The notes: generated from the letters alone by a model not told the origin. 64,000 nt of DNA from an uncultured Alphaproteobacteria bacterium (GCA_963847435.1 CAWJZR010000022.1:155168-219167), one strand, 5' to 3'. Shown: positions 13,158 through 23,699, counted from the stretch's first letter. Made by a program: numbers and translations.

Positions 13158-14140
13158 TCAGTTCATGTGCCAGAACCGGATGGCGGCCGGCCCGAGGATC
13201 ACGACGAACAGCACCGGCAGGAAGAAGATGATCATCGGCACGGTGAGCTTGGGCGGCAAGCGCGGCGGCCTTCTTCTCGGCTTCGCGCCATGCGCATATC
13301 GCGGTTTTCCTTGGCCATCACGCGCAGCGCCTGCCCGACGGGCGTGCCGTAGCGCTCGGCCTGGATGAGCGCCGTGGCCACCGCCTTGACGCCGGGGATG
13401 CCGGTGCGCTTGCCGAGGTTCTCGAAAGCCTGGCGGCGATCCTGCAGGTAGGACAGCTCGGCGGTGGTCAGCGACAGCTCCTCGGCGAGCTCCAGCGACT
13501 GGCGCGCCGACCTCCTTGGCGACCTTCCCGAACGCGGCCTCGACCGACATGCCCGACTGCACGCAGATCAGCAGCATGTCGAGCGCGTCCGGGAAGGCGC
13601 TGCTTGATCGACGGTCTGGCGCGCTGGAGCGAGGTTCGAGATGAAGATGTTCGGCAGGTAGAAGCCGATGAAGCGCGGCGCCGAACGCCAAGCCGATCTT
13701 GACCAGCGGCGGATAGTCGTAGTCGGCGAGCACGAACAGATAGAACAAAGCAGCACGAAAACGATGATGCGGCATCGCGACGCGGAAGAACATGTAGGCG
13801 ACGAGCGGCGCCTGGCCGCGCAAGCCGGCCATCTTCAGCTTGTCGCGCACCTCCTCGGTCTCGAACACGCTGCGCAGATTGAGCTTGTCGACGATCTCCT
13901 GCATGAAGCCCTTGGGCGTGCTGACGCAGCTTGCCCTGGCCGTCCTTCTTGCCGAGATCGGCGAGCCGCGCGGCGCGCATCTTGTCGCGCTCCATCGCCA
14001 TCACCTGCATGCGCGTGGTTCAGGCGGTCGCGGGAGAGCACCGGCATCAGCATCGTCAGCACCGTCGCAAACGCGCAGATCGCCGCCAGCAGCGTGACGA
14101 TGAACGGCGGGACTGACTGAGCGAGTCGATCAGGTCGCAT
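13158..14140 (-). CDS. tadC: Flp pilus assembly inner-membrane protein TadC. Multiple frame switches as assembled.
   Basis: MRPDRLAQSVPPFIVTLLAAICAFATVLTMLMPV at the N-terminus. Internal FPDALDMLLICVQSGMSVEAAFGKVAKEV. C-terminus LTVPMIIFFLPVLFVVILGPAAIRFWHMN-stop. Confidence 0.75.
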
Positions 14141-14188
14141 GACTGCGAATCCCGATGCTGCTCGGACGAGCGATGCGCTGCGCCGACC

Positions 14189-15217
14189 TCAGTACTTGAA
14201 GTTGATCATCTTGCGCATCACCAGGATGCCGATCGATCATCCAGACGCCGGCGCACAGCCAGCAGGAACTGGCCGAAGTCTGCGTGGTCCACAGCGGCGT
14301 GATGTAGTCGGGCGTCGGTGATGTAGACGAGGATCATGACGATGAACGGCAGCGACGCCGAGCACGGCGGCCGAGGCCTTGGCCTCCGCCGACAGCGCGC
14401 TTGCACCTTGGCCTGCAGGCGCTTGCGGTCGCGCAGCACGCCCGAGAGGTTGCCGAGCGCCTCCGACAGGTTGCCGCCGGCCTGCTGCTGGATGGCGATG
14501 ACGATGGCGAAGAAGCGCACCTCCGGCCAGCGGCATGCGCGTCATCATGCGCTCGAAGGCCTCGCCCAGCGGCACGCCGACGCGCTGCTGCTCGACGAGC
14601 TCGGTGAACTCGCCGGCCAGCGGCTCGGCGACTTTCGCGCGCGATGATGCCAAGGCATTCGGGCAGCGGCAGGCCGGACTTGACGCCGCGCACGATCGAC
14701 GTCGATGGCGTTGGCGAACTCGTCGATGAACTTGGTCTGCCGGCGCTTCGTCAGCTGGGCAACGAACCAGCGCGGCAGCCCGAACGACGCCGACGAAGGC
14801 CGCCAGCGAGCGGCACGATGATCGGCAGGTTCGGCGCCGGGACAGCCAGATGACAGAGCGCCAGCGATCACGACGCCGCAAGCGCACGCTCGCGATCCAG
14901 AACGAGCGCGGCGAGATGTCGAGGCCGGCCCGCTGCAGGCGCAGCCGCATGCGTGATCTTCTCGCGCGCCTTCTGGCGCGTCCTCCAGCTCCTTCAGAGT
15001 CTCGGAGACCGGCTTGCGCCGGTTCGGCGGCCGTCTCGCCTGCGCGCGCTTGGCGATGCGCTTGGACCTGCGTCTCCGTCACCCCTGCAGGTGCGCTTGT
15101 CGGTGCGCCGCTCGCCGGAGAAATAGGGATTGAGCAAGCAGATAGACGACGGCGCCGATCGACGATGCGCCGCCAGCAGCAAGCGGCCACATGCAGCAGG
15201 AGATCGTTGCTATCCAT
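14189..15217 (-). CDS. tadB: Flp pilus assembly inner-membrane protein TadB. Multiple frame switches as assembled.
   Basis: Fragments [34 protein letters not shown] and [37 protein letters not shown]. The ATG at 15217 overlaps the cpaF stop. Sits between cpaF and tadC. Confidence 0.7.
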
Positions 15218-16702
15218 CGGCGTCTCCCAAGCGGGTTGCCGTTGGCGTCGAGCACCTCGGCGCTGGCCAGCGCCTCGCGCCAGGCGGTGCTGTCTCGCCG
15301 TAGTACTCGGCGCGCTCCCAGAAGCGCGGGCGGGCGATGCCGGTGGAGCGGTGGCGGCCGATGAGCTTGCCCTGCGCGTCCTCGCCGGTGATCTCGAAGA
15401 CGATGAGGTTCTGCAGCGTCACGACATCGCCTTCCATGCCCACCACCTCGGTGACGTGCGTGATCTTGCGCGAGCCGTCGCGCAGGCGCGAGGCCTGGAT
15501 GATGACGTCGATGGAGCCGGTGATCATCTCGCGGATGGTCTTGACGCGGCAGCTGGTAGCCGCCCATCATGATCATCGACTCCAGACGGCTGATGGCCTC
15601 GCGCGGGCTGTTGGCGTGAAGCGTGCCCATCGAGCCGTCGTGGCCGGTGTTCATCGCCTGCAGCAGGTCGAAGGCCTCCGGTCCGCGCACCTCGCCGACG
15701 ATGATGCGCTCGGGCCGCATACGCAGGCAGTTCTTGACGAGATCGCGCATGGTGATCTCGCCCTCGCCCTCGAGGTTGGGCGGGCGCGTCTCGAGACGCA
15801 CCACATGCGGCTGCTGCAGCTGCAGCTCGGCGGAGTCCTCGCAGGTGATGATGCGCTCGTCGTCGTCGATCGAGCCGGTCAGGCAGTTGAGCAGCGTCGT
15901 CTTGCCCGAGCCGGTGCCGCCGGAGATCAGGACGTTGCAGCGCACCCGGCCGATGATCTCGAGCAGCGTCTTGGCCTCGGGCGTGATCGACTTGAACTTG
16001 ACGAGCTGCTCGAGCTTCAGGCGGTCCTTCTTGAACTTGCGGATGGTGAGCGCGGGCCCGTCGATCGCCAGCGGCGGGGCGATGACGTTGACGCGGCTGC
16101 CGTCGGGCAGGCGCGCGTCGCAGATCGGGCTCGACTTCGTCGACGCGGCGGCCGACCTGGCTGACGATGCGCTGGCAGATGTTCATCAGCTGGGCGTTGT
16201 CGGCGAAGCGCACGCTGCGTCTTCTGCACCTTGCCGCCGACCTCGATGTAGGTCGTGGTCGCGCCGTTGACCATGATGTCGGCGATGTCGTCGCGCGCCA
16301 GCAGCGGCTCGAGCGGGCCGTAGCCGAGCACGTCGTTGCAGATGTCCTCGAGCAGCTCCTCCTGCTCGGCAATCGACATCACCACGTTCTTGATCTGGAT
16401 GATCTCGCTGACGATGTCGCGGATCTCCTCGCGCGCCGCCGCCGCCTCGAGCTTGGCGAGCTGGGTCAGATCGATGGTGTCGATCAGCGCGTTGAAGACG
16501 GTCGTCTTGACGTCGTAGTACTCTTCCGAATGCCGGCGCTCCGGCGCCGACCGGCTCCGGCGTTGGCCGGGCTGCGCGCGCCTCGGCCAGCGCCGGCCTG
16601 GCGCTCGGCTGCTTTGGTCACGGCGCGCCGCGCGGCGGCCGCTCGGCGCGGGCAGCGCGCGCGGCGCGGGCTGACGGGATCGTTCGTACGCCTGCCGAAC
16701 AT
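15210..16702 (-). CDS. cpaF: Tad secretion ATPase CpaF/TadA. Multiple frame switches as assembled.
   Basis: [41 protein letters not shown] (Walker A). [73 protein letters not shown]. Confidence 0.85.
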
Positions 16703-16715
16703 GGGCTTCAGCTCC

Positions 16716-18054
16716 TCAGCGCTTGAGCTTAGCTTCTCGAGAAGCGGGGCGAACTGGGCCAGCGGCGGAGGCCTTCTTCTCCTCCTTCTGCTCCTTGCGG
16801 TGCGTCAGCGTCAGCGCCAGGTCGCGGAACTGCTGGCGCCGGACTTGGCCTTGGCGGCGAACTCCTCGATCATCTGCCCGTTGTTGGAGGCCAGGCCGAA
16901 GGTCTCGCTGTCGAACTCGATCACCTGCGATCGGCGTGATGTCGAGCGCCGACCGCGAACTCCTTGGCCGAGATCTCCGGGCGCTTCGGCGTCTTGGCCA
17001 TGTTGATGACGAGGTGCGGCGGGCCCGTCGTTGGCGCGGTTCTGCTTCAGCAGATCGATCGAGGTTCTTGGCGTTGCGCAGGTTGGCGAGGTCGGGCACG
17101 GCGGTGATGACGATCTCGTCGGCCTGCAACAGCACCCGCTTCGACCCACGGCGTCCAGGTGTGCGGCAGGTCGACGGCCACGTAAGGGCACGTTCTGGCG
17201 CACCACGTCGAGCACCAGGTCGCAGGCATCGGCCGAGATGTCGTAGTCGCGGTCGAGCACGACGGGCGCGGCGAAGATGCTCAGATGCTCGGAGCACTTG
17301 GTCAGCAGGCGGTCGAGCAGCACCTCGTCGAGCCGCTCCGGGCTCTGCAGAGCGCTTCGGCGATGCCCTGCACGGGGTCCTGGTTGAAGTCGAGGCCGGT
17401 GGTGCCGAAGGCGAGGTCGAGGTCGGCGACGACCACGTTGGACTTGAGGATCTCCGACATCGCCCAGGCGGTGTTGTGGCACACCGTGCTCGAGCCGACG
17501 CCGCCCTTGGCGCCGATGAAGGCGATGACGTTGCCGACCGGATCGGTGTCGGGGTTGTTGTAGAGATTGGACAGGCTCTCGATCAGCTGCAGCGGCGTGA
17601 TCGGCGCGACGAGGTATTCGCTGACGCCGCGCTTCAGCAGCTCGCGATAGAGCACGACGTCGTTGACGTGGCCGATGACGACCACCTTCGTGCCGGCGTC
17701 GCAGCACTCGGCCAGCCGGTCGAGCTCGGCCAGCATCTGCGCGCGCGGCAGGCTGGTCTCGATGATGATCAGGTTCGGGCGTCGGGCTTTCGCTGATAGT
17801 GCGCCACGGCCGCCGCGGCGCCGCCCATGTGCACGCTGACGTGGGACTTGGCGAGCCGGCGGTCGCTCGGTGGCCGCCTGCAGCGACTCCGCCGTCGCCG
17901 CGTCCTCGCAGAACGCCTGGATGGAGATGCGCGGGATCGGCCGCGCCTTGCTCGCAGACTGGCAACGTCCTGCGCCGTCGTCGACAGCGGGCACGAGCTC
18001 ATGCCGCCTCAGCATCTTCCTCGGCGAGCGGAAATGGCCTGCTTGTTCATGCAT
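16716..18054 (-). CDS. cpaE: Pilus assembly protein CpaE/TadZ (receiver-like N-terminal domain plus MinD/ParA-like ATPase). Multiple frame switches as assembled.
   Basis: VIAFIGAKGGVGSSTVCHNTAWAMS (deviant Walker A). VVADLDLAFGTTGLDFNQDP. N-terminal PNLIIIETSLPRAQMLAELDRLAECCDAGTKVVVIGHVNDV. Confidence 0.75.
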
Positions 18055-18064
18055 GCCTCGGACC

Positions 18065-18815
18065 TCAGTTGGTGCCCTTCGTGCTGCGAACGCTCGTCTT
18101 CGGCTCTTCTGCGCGCCAGTGGCCTCGCCCTTCACGTACTTGTCGAACACCACGGCGCGGCGCTCGCGGTCGGGCTGGCTCCATCGTGCGGGGCCCGAGC
18201 AGATCGGCGGGATTGGCGATCATGGCGGCGAGGTTGTGCTGCTGCGCGCAGCCGAAGTTCGGATAGCGGCAGGTTATCGCGCTGCGTCGGCAAGATTGGT
18301 CGACCAGTGTCCGCACTCGGGCCGCTCGGCGACGTAGCGCAGGTAGGAGACGCGGATCGGCGCGTCGGCGTCGCGCTCCTCGTGATAGGGCTCGACCGCG
18401 ATCGCGGTTCGGCGAAGCCCTAGATCGGCAATCAGCGACCGGATCTCGCCGACGGCCGCGCATGGCCGCAACCTCGTTGGGCGAGCCGCTCGGCACGGCA
18501 ATCACCAGCTTGCTGTTGCCGGCGTCGGCGGCCCGGTAGCGCTCGGCGAACTCCAGGAGCTGCGCACGCTGCTGCCGGCGACAGACCCTGCGAGCCGCGC
18601 GGCGACACGGATGGTGATGGTCGGTCGGCTGCTGCGACACCATGATCGGATGGCGCTGCGGGCGTCGATCAGCGTCCAGCCTGCGACCTGGGCGCCGGGC
18701 TCATCGCCATGCTTGCAGCCGGCAAGCGCCAGGGCGCAGACAGCGAGCGGCAAGCAGTCTGCGCGACGACCGGTCCGAGCCGGACGCGGTGCGGGGAGCG
18801 ATCGAGAGATCTCAT
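18065..18815 (-). CDS. cpaD: Pilus assembly lipoprotein CpaD. Frame switches as assembled.
   Basis: ATG at 18815 with GGAGGAAG upstream. Lipobox LAVCALALAGC is in a neighbouring frame. NFGCAQQHNLAAMIANPADLLGPR is typical of CpaD. Sits between cpaC and cpaE. Confidence 0.65.
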
Positions 18816-18836
18816 GTGCTTCCTCCAGTCTTCCGG

Positions 18837-20489
18837 CTATTCGACGATGAATCCGTAGTCGCCCTTCAGATCCGCCGACGGGCGGCGGCGCGTGCCGCTG
18901 CCGTAGATGCGGTTGATGTGGCCGAGGAAATTGGCCTTGAGATCCGAGGCGGATCGCCGAGGCCGTCGGTCGGCGACGCGCCAGGTTCTGGCGCGCGGTC
19001 GGGCGCACCATGTAGGGAGTGACGATGACGACGAGCTCGGTTTCCTACTTGATGAAGTCGCGGCTGCGGAACAGCGTGCCGAGGACGGGCACGATCCTTC
19101 AGGCCCGGGAAGCCGTCGATGTTCTGGCGGGTGTCGTCCGAGATCAGGCCCGGCGATCGCGAGCGATCCGCCCGAAGGCAGCTCGACGGTCGATTTGGCC
19201 TGCCGCTTCTTCAGCGCCGGGATGCTGGATGCTCGACAGACGACGGCGCCTTCGCTGGTCAGCTCGCTGACCTCGGCTCTCGATCTTGAGGCTGATGCGG
19301 CCTTCCGACATGACGACGGGCGTGAAGGCGAGGCCGCACACCGAACTCCTTGTAGACCACGCTGACAGCTGCCCGTGCTGTCGACCACGGGGATCGGATA
19401 TTCGCCGCCGGCCAGGAAGTTGGCGGACTCGCCCGAGACCGCGGTCAGGTTGGGCTCGGCCAGCGTCTTCACCAGGCCGATGCGCTCAAGGGCTTGGATA
19501 GCGAACGGCAAGCAGTTCTTTCCGGTGCCCCAGCCGCCGGCGGCGCCCGAGAAACCGATGGTGGTGTCGCGTAACAGGGTGCCGACAACGGCGCAGTCTG
19601 CGCCGGCGGACTTGGCGGTGTCGACGCCGACGTTGGCAATCTTGCCGAGACCTTGGGCCGCCGTCAGTGGCAACGCATTCTGCGTGAGCGCCGCCATCGA
19701 CAAGTTGCCGATGCTGAATGAGCCGCCCACGTTGACACCAAGCTGCTTGAGCGCAGAGCGCTGCACTTCAGCCACCGTGACGCGGAGCATCACCTGCTCC
19801 TCGCCCTCGACGGCGAGCATGTTGATGACTTTCTCGTTCGGCTCATGAGAGACCGATTTCACCTCGACGCCGCTCGACGCCTGCTGCGAGGAAGTGGATT
19901 TTAGGTCGACCGAGACGAAATTCTTGGCGATCTGGGTCGCCATGTTGGAGTCGGACGGCGACTTCACCGAACCGGTGAGGATGACCGTCTCGTTCATCAT
20001 CTCGACGACGATCTTCGACGACGGAATCAGTCGCTGCAGCAGCGAAGTCAGGCTGGTCGTGTCGCGGCTGACCTCCAGCTCGAAGGCTGCGAACTGCTCA
20101 CCGTTGGCATCGAAAAAGAAAGCGTTCGAATCGCCGAGCTTCTTGGCGAGCAAGAAGACCCGGTTGGAGCTCAGCATGACGACGTCGACCGCTTCGGGGT
20201 TCGACACCATCACGTCGCGCAGTTCGCGTGAGAATTCGAGAAGAACGGATTTTCCGAGGCCCACCTTGAGTTGGCGGCGCACGGGACCGCCGTGATCGTC
20301 GACCCGGATGATCGACTGATGCTGACCGGAGGCGATTTCGGCGAACCTAGCCATGTCGGGGGTGGCGCCCCGAACAATGCGCTTGGGGGCATTTGCACCA
20401 GCGGGCGGGCTCGCCATGATGGCGATCGCGGCGCACCCTCCGATGCACGCCAGGGCTTTCCCCCAGACGTGATTCAATCTGTTCAGCAT
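18837..20489 (-). CDS. cpaC: Tad secretin CpaC/RcpA. The 5' two-thirds is clean. The 3' third (below about 19375) has several frame switches although one ORF stays open.
   Basis: N-terminal signal peptide and BON/secretin-N-like region read cleanly up to LAGGEYPIPVVDSTGS. Secretin-domain pieces GLAFTPVVMSEGRISLKIES and MVRPTARQNLAR appear only in other frames. Ends GDYGFIVE-stop. Confidence 0.8.
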   Translation of the reverse strand: MLNRLNHVWGKALACIGGCAAIAIMASPPAGANAPKRIVRGATPDMARFAEIASGQHQSIIRVDDHGGPVRRQLKVGLGKSVLLEFSRELRDVMVSNPEAVDVVMLSSNRVFLLAKKLGDSNAFFFDANGEQFAAFELEVSRDTTSLTSLLQRLIPSSKIVVEMMNETVILTGSVKSPSDSNMATQIAKNFVSVDLKSTSSQQASSGVEVKSVSHEPNEKVINMLAVEGEEQVMLRVTVAEVQRSALKQLGVNVGGSFSIGNLSMAALTQNALPLTAAQGLGKIANVGVDTAKSAGADCAVVGTLLRDTTIGFSGAAGGWGTGKNCLPFAIQALERIGLVKTLAEPNLTAVSGESANFLAGGEYPIPVVDSTGSCQRGLQGVRCAASPSRPSSCRKAASASRSRAEVSELTSEGAVVCRASSIPALKKRQAKSTVELPSGGSLAIAGPDLGRHPPEHRRLPGPEGSCPSSARCSAAATSSSRKPSSSSSSLPTWCARPRARTWRVADRRPRRSASDLKANFLGHINRIYGSGTRRRPSADLKGDYGFIVE

Positions 20490-20530
20490 GGGTCCATGAC
20501 CTCAAAAGCTACTGTCGACGCAGGGAGAAC

Positions 20531-21340
20531 TCAGTTCACACCATAGACACGCGACTTGGCGCCATAACGCAGGACCCGGACACCAGTGCTGGTACGCTGT
20601 TTGGACATATCGAGCGGGTTCGTCGGACCCGCATCGAGGGCGAGGTCGGCGACGCTACGCAGCGACAGGCTGATCTCGCCCATGACGTTGGCAAGAGCGA
20701 GCAACTCGGTCTGGCGCGGTGTCAGCTCGAGGGTGGCCGTAGCCGCCGAACCTTCCGCGGTCTTCTTGCCTTCCTTAGTCTCGATCTGCTGACCGATGGC
20801 GAGCACGCGGACGTTGCGGAAGAGAGTGTCGCTGGCGTGATCCTCGCTGCCACCCTTGCCGCGCATGCGGCGCGTGAGGAGGACGTCGACATGGTCATTG
20901 GGCAGAATGAGCCTGCCGACCGCGGTCTCTTCCTTGATCTTGGTCGAGATGGCGCGCATCCCGGCGGGCAGGATCGCGGCGAGCACGCCACCGGTGCCGG
21001 GCTTGATCAGCTTGGAGACCGTGATCGGCTCGTTGGCGATGATCGGAGAGCGGGCAATAGCGCCCGACAGCTCGCGCATGGCGCTCAGGCCGTTGGCCTT
21101 GGTAATGAAGCCGGGAGCGACCGCGTCACGGGGCCAAACCTGCCAGCGGAAAAGACTCTCGGAGGCGATCTGGCCCAGCGAGATATCGGAACGCGCAACC
21201 AGCACCTCGGTCAATTTAACCTTTTCCGTGATGATCTGTTGTACCGGCGCCTGGGGCTTGATGAAGCCCTTCATCAGAACGAATGCTGCAACGGCGGATA
21301 GCCCTGCAACGGATACGCCGATCAGCTGTGACCTCTTCAT
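20531..21340 (-). CDS. cpaB: Flp pilus assembly protein CpaB/RcpC
   Basis: Intact 269-aa ORF. N-terminal TM segment (LIGVSVAGLSAVAAFVLM). VLVARSDISLGQ..ILPAGMRAISTKI..GRLILPNDHVDVLL matches the CpaB SAF/RcpC pattern. Confidence 0.85.
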   Translation of the reverse strand: MKRSQLIGVSVAGLSAVAAFVLMKGFIKPQAPVQQIITEKVKLTEVLVARSDISLGQIASESLFRWQVWPRDAVAPGFITKANGLSAMRELSGAIARSPIIANEPITVSKLIKPGTGGVLAAILPAGMRAISTKIKEETAVGRLILPNDHVDVLLTRRMRGKGGSEDHASDTLFRNVRVLAIGQQIETKEGKKTAEGSAATATLELTPRQTELLALANVMGEISLSLRSVADLALDAGPTNPLDMSKQRTSTGVRVLRYGAKSRVYGVN

Positions 21341-21515
21341 CGCGCAAACGCCCTTTAAGTCGGAAAGGCTTCAACATCCAGTCTCAAGACGGGAGTTTGC
21401 GCGACAAAGGTCAATGTGCGGTTAATCGTCGTCGTGTTTCGACACAGCTTATCAGAATGCAGATTTTAGCTCGGATTAGCGGACAATCAAACGCTGCCCG
21501 CCAAGTAACTGCGCG

Positions 21516-22079
21516 TCAGCCGATGACGGCGTGGAACCACTGAGTGGCGGGATAAACCGCGAGAGCAGCGCCGGAAATTGCGATGCCATAAGGAATTCCG
21601 GTGCCCTGGGTGTGCAAGCGCACGGCCCATGGCGGAGAAACGACGGCGGCGGCGGGAATGTAGTAGCGGTAGCCCAGGATTACGAGCGAAAGAACGCCGC
21701 CGAGCACGGATACACCGAACATGAAGTTCATCATGTGATCCGAACCCAGCCACAGTGCGGCCGCGGCCAGCAGCTTGGCGTCGCCGCCGCCCATCCAGCC
21801 GAGCGAGAACAGCAGAATGCCGGCCGCGAGAACGGCAAGACCGACACCAACGTGATTGATGAGAAGCACCTGCCAGTCAATGCCGGAAAAAGGTGCGAGA
21901 AGGGCGAACGCCGCGACCAGCGCAAGCGAAATTCTATTGGGGATGGTCATCGTCAGAAGATCCATCGCCCCGGCAAACGCCATTGCCGCAGGAAACACCA
22001 GCAGAAGGGGATACTCGAACACGGGGACGCATCTCCGACATAAGCACGGGACTTCAACAAGGCCAGTTTGGCCGATCAT
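21516..22079 (-). CDS. cpaA: A24-family prepilin peptidase CpaA/TadV. The true start is possibly the GTG near 22022.
   Basis: Intact polytopic membrane ORF. Carries the two Asp motifs of type IV prepilin peptidases (AGAMDLLTMTIPN; GWMGGGDAKLLAAAALW). Confidence 0.8.
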   Translation of the reverse strand: MIGQTGLVEVPCLCRRCVPVFEYPLLLVFPAAMAFAGAMDLLTMTIPNRISLALVAAFALLAPFSGIDWQVLLINHVGVGLAVLAAGILLFSLGWMGGGDAKLLAAAALWLGSDHMMNFMFGVSVLGGVLSLVILGYRYYIPAAAVVSPPWAVRLHTQGTGIPYGIAISGAALAVYPATQWFHAVIG

Positions 22080-22173
22080 CCTTAATGGCGCCTTAACACC
22101 GGCCAGCCATTTCCGGGATACCGTCTATCAGGCGGGTCTCGCCTGTCGCAAAAGGACACGGAGCCAGAACTCG

Positions 22174-22344
22174 TCAGTTGACGTTGAGGTTGGCGCCGAC
22201 ATTGCCGAAAATGCCGCTGATCGCCAGCGGGAGAGACTGCAAGCTCGAGATGATGCCAAGGCCGACGATCAAGGCGATGAAGCCGTACTCGATCGCAGTC
22301 GAGCCCTCTTCGCTCGTCCAAAATTGCCGCAACAGTTTCGACAT
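22174..22344 (-). CDS. flp: Flp family type IVb pilin, paralog 1 (56 aa, the most divergent copy)
   Basis: Below the ORF-track length cutoff; translated by hand: MSKLLRQFWTSEEGSTAIEYGFIALIVGLGIISSLQSLPLAISGIFGNVGANLNVN. GGGAG lies upstream of the ATG. Confidence 0.8.
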   Translation of the reverse strand: MSKLLRQFWTSEEGSTAIEYGFIALIVGLGIISSLQSLPLAISGIFGNVGANLNVN

Positions 22345-22480
22345 GCGTATAGCTCCCTCGTGTGCCCCTCCAGGGGCGCCCCCATCGGACGTCCGATGCG
22401 CCCCCGGGCTTGTTATTCTCGCCGCATATTACGGGCAAATGCCTAAGACAAGATGGGCGAAGCCCGCTCATTTAGGCGGA

Positions 22481-22651
22481 TCAGTTGACGTTGAGGTTCG
22501 TGCTGACGTTGCCGAACATGCCGCTGAGAGCGTTCTTCAAGGTGCCGAGGCTGGCAATCATACCAACTCCAGCGATTGCCGCGATCAAGCCGTACTCGAT
22601 TGCCGTCGCGCCCGAGTCATTCCGCCAAAACTCACAAATCTTCTCCGCCAT
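22481..22651 (-). CDS. flp: Flp family type IVb pilin, paralog 2 (56 aa)
   Basis: Translated by hand: MAEKICEFWRNDSGATAIEYGLIAAIAGVGMIASLGTLKNALSGMFGNVSTNLNVN. GGAG lies 9 nt upstream of the ATG. Confidence 0.8.
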   Translation of the reverse strand: MAEKICEFWRNDSGATAIEYGLIAAIAGVGMIASLGTLKNALSGMFGNVSTNLNVN

Positions 22652-22831
22652 TCAACTTCTCCAGTTTTGCCAAGCTCGCAGCCACCATTTACTTCTGCCA
22701 GGAAGATGGCGCCGACACTCGTATTTGAGCAAAAAATACTTCCAACATTTCTTACTCGGACCCTCGGAGGTCAGGTTGCAATCAGGTTTCTACCACAATG
22801 GATACCAACGCTTTAATTCCGGTCCGCTACA

Positions 22832-22869
22832 GCAAAACGAAAAGCCGCCATGCGGTACATGGCGGCTTT
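22832..22869 (-). terminator. Rho-independent terminator downstream of flp paralog 3
   Basis: Minus-strand stem GCCGCCATG/CATGGCGGC (22844-22852 / 22858-22866), 5-nt loop, followed by TTTTCGTTTT. Confidence 0.7.
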
Positions 22870-22931
22870 CTGGCGAGAGACAAAGTCTATCCCGCAATCT
22901 CATTGAAAGCCGGCGGTTCGCCGGAACTTTC

Positions 22932-23102
22932 TTAGTTGACGTTGAGGTTCGTCGAAACGTTGGCGAACATGCCCGAGAGCGAGTTCTTCAGGGTGCCCAG
23001 GCCGGCGATGATGCCGACGCCGACGATGGCGGCGATCAGGCCGTACTCGATCGCGGTGGCGCCAAACTCGTCCTTCACAAAGCGCGCAACGATAGACTTC
23101 AT
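22932..23102 (-). CDS. flp: Flp family type IVb pilin, paralog 3 (56 aa)
   Basis: MKSIVARFVKDEFGATAIEYGLIAAIVGVGIIAGLGTLKNSLSGMFANVSTNLNVN, read from the internal Met of ORF 22932..23138. Confidence 0.85.
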   Translation of the reverse strand: MKSIVARFVKDEFGATAIEYGLIAAIVGVGIIAGLGTLKNSLSGMFANVSTNLNVN

Positions 23103-23199
23103 AGCTTTACTCTCCCAATTGGAATACACTCTTTCCACTCACTCCATCGAACCGGATTGCCATTGCCGGCGTCGATAAGGACAGCGTACCGGCGCCCAT

Positions 23200-23214
23200 T
23201 TAAATTCGGATTAA
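23200..23214 (-). promoter_or_regulatory. CtrA-type box TTAA-N7-TTAA upstream of flp paralog 3
   Basis: TTAAATTCGGATTAA, 98 nt upstream of the ATG at 23102. Confidence 0.5.
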
Positions 23215-23313
23215 AACGACGAGCCCAACTCAATTTCAGGAATGCGCTCTCGGGCTTATGGTTTAGGAATGGTTTCAAATTCGAAAGATCTTACTTGGCG
23301 CCGCGTGGTCGAG

Positions 23314-23354
23314 ACACAAAGAAAAAGCCACCCGGCAGGAGTTGCTGGGTGGCT
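23314..23354 (-). terminator. Rho-independent terminator downstream of flp paralog 4
   Basis: About 13-bp stem (23326-23337 / 23343-23354, one G:U pair), followed on the minus strand by TTTTTCTTTGTG. Confidence 0.7.
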
Positions 23355-23417
23355 CTATTCTATCGCGGCCTGCCAGATCCGCTCGACATTGAAAGCCGGC
23401 TGGTCGCCGGGGCTTTC

Positions 23418-23588
23418 TTAGTTGACGTTGAGGTTCGTCGAAACGTTGGCGAACATGCTGCTCAGCGAGTTCTTCAGGGTGCCCAGGCCGGCGATGATGC
23501 CGACGCCGACGATGGCGGCGATCAGGCCGTACTCGATCGCGGTGGCGCCGGACTCGTCCTTCACAAAGCGAGCAAGAATGGTGTTCAT
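23418..23588 (-). CDS. flp: Flp family type IVb pilin, paralog 4 (56 aa)
   Basis: MNTILARFVKDESGATAIEYGLIAAIVGVGIIAGLGTLKNSLSSMFANVSTNLNVN, read from the internal Met of ORF 23418..23639. Confidence 0.85.
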   Translation of the reverse strand: MNTILARFVKDESGATAIEYGLIAAIVGVGIIAGLGTLKNSLSSMFANVSTNLNVN

Positions 23589-23684
23589 GGTACTCTCCCG
23601 TTTGAGGTCAACTGCTACTACCCGTTCACCGGAAGGCACCAGTGCCTGCGCCGCTTGAACAATTGCAAACCTACAGACCGCGAA

Positions 23685-23699
23685 TTAATTTCGAGTTAA
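23685..23699 (-). promoter_or_regulatory. CtrA-type box TTAA-N7-TTAA upstream of flp paralog 4
   Basis: TTAATTTCGAGTTAA, 97 nt upstream of the ATG at 23588. Confidence 0.5.

Noticed and set aside
22485-23699. 404-aa plus-strand ORF spanning the flp region
   Set aside because: It runs antisense through three Flp pilin genes, their terminators and their promoters. It contains mirror images of the repeated pilin sequence (VDVEVRRNVGEHA.. twice). The pilin genes on the minus strand explain the region.
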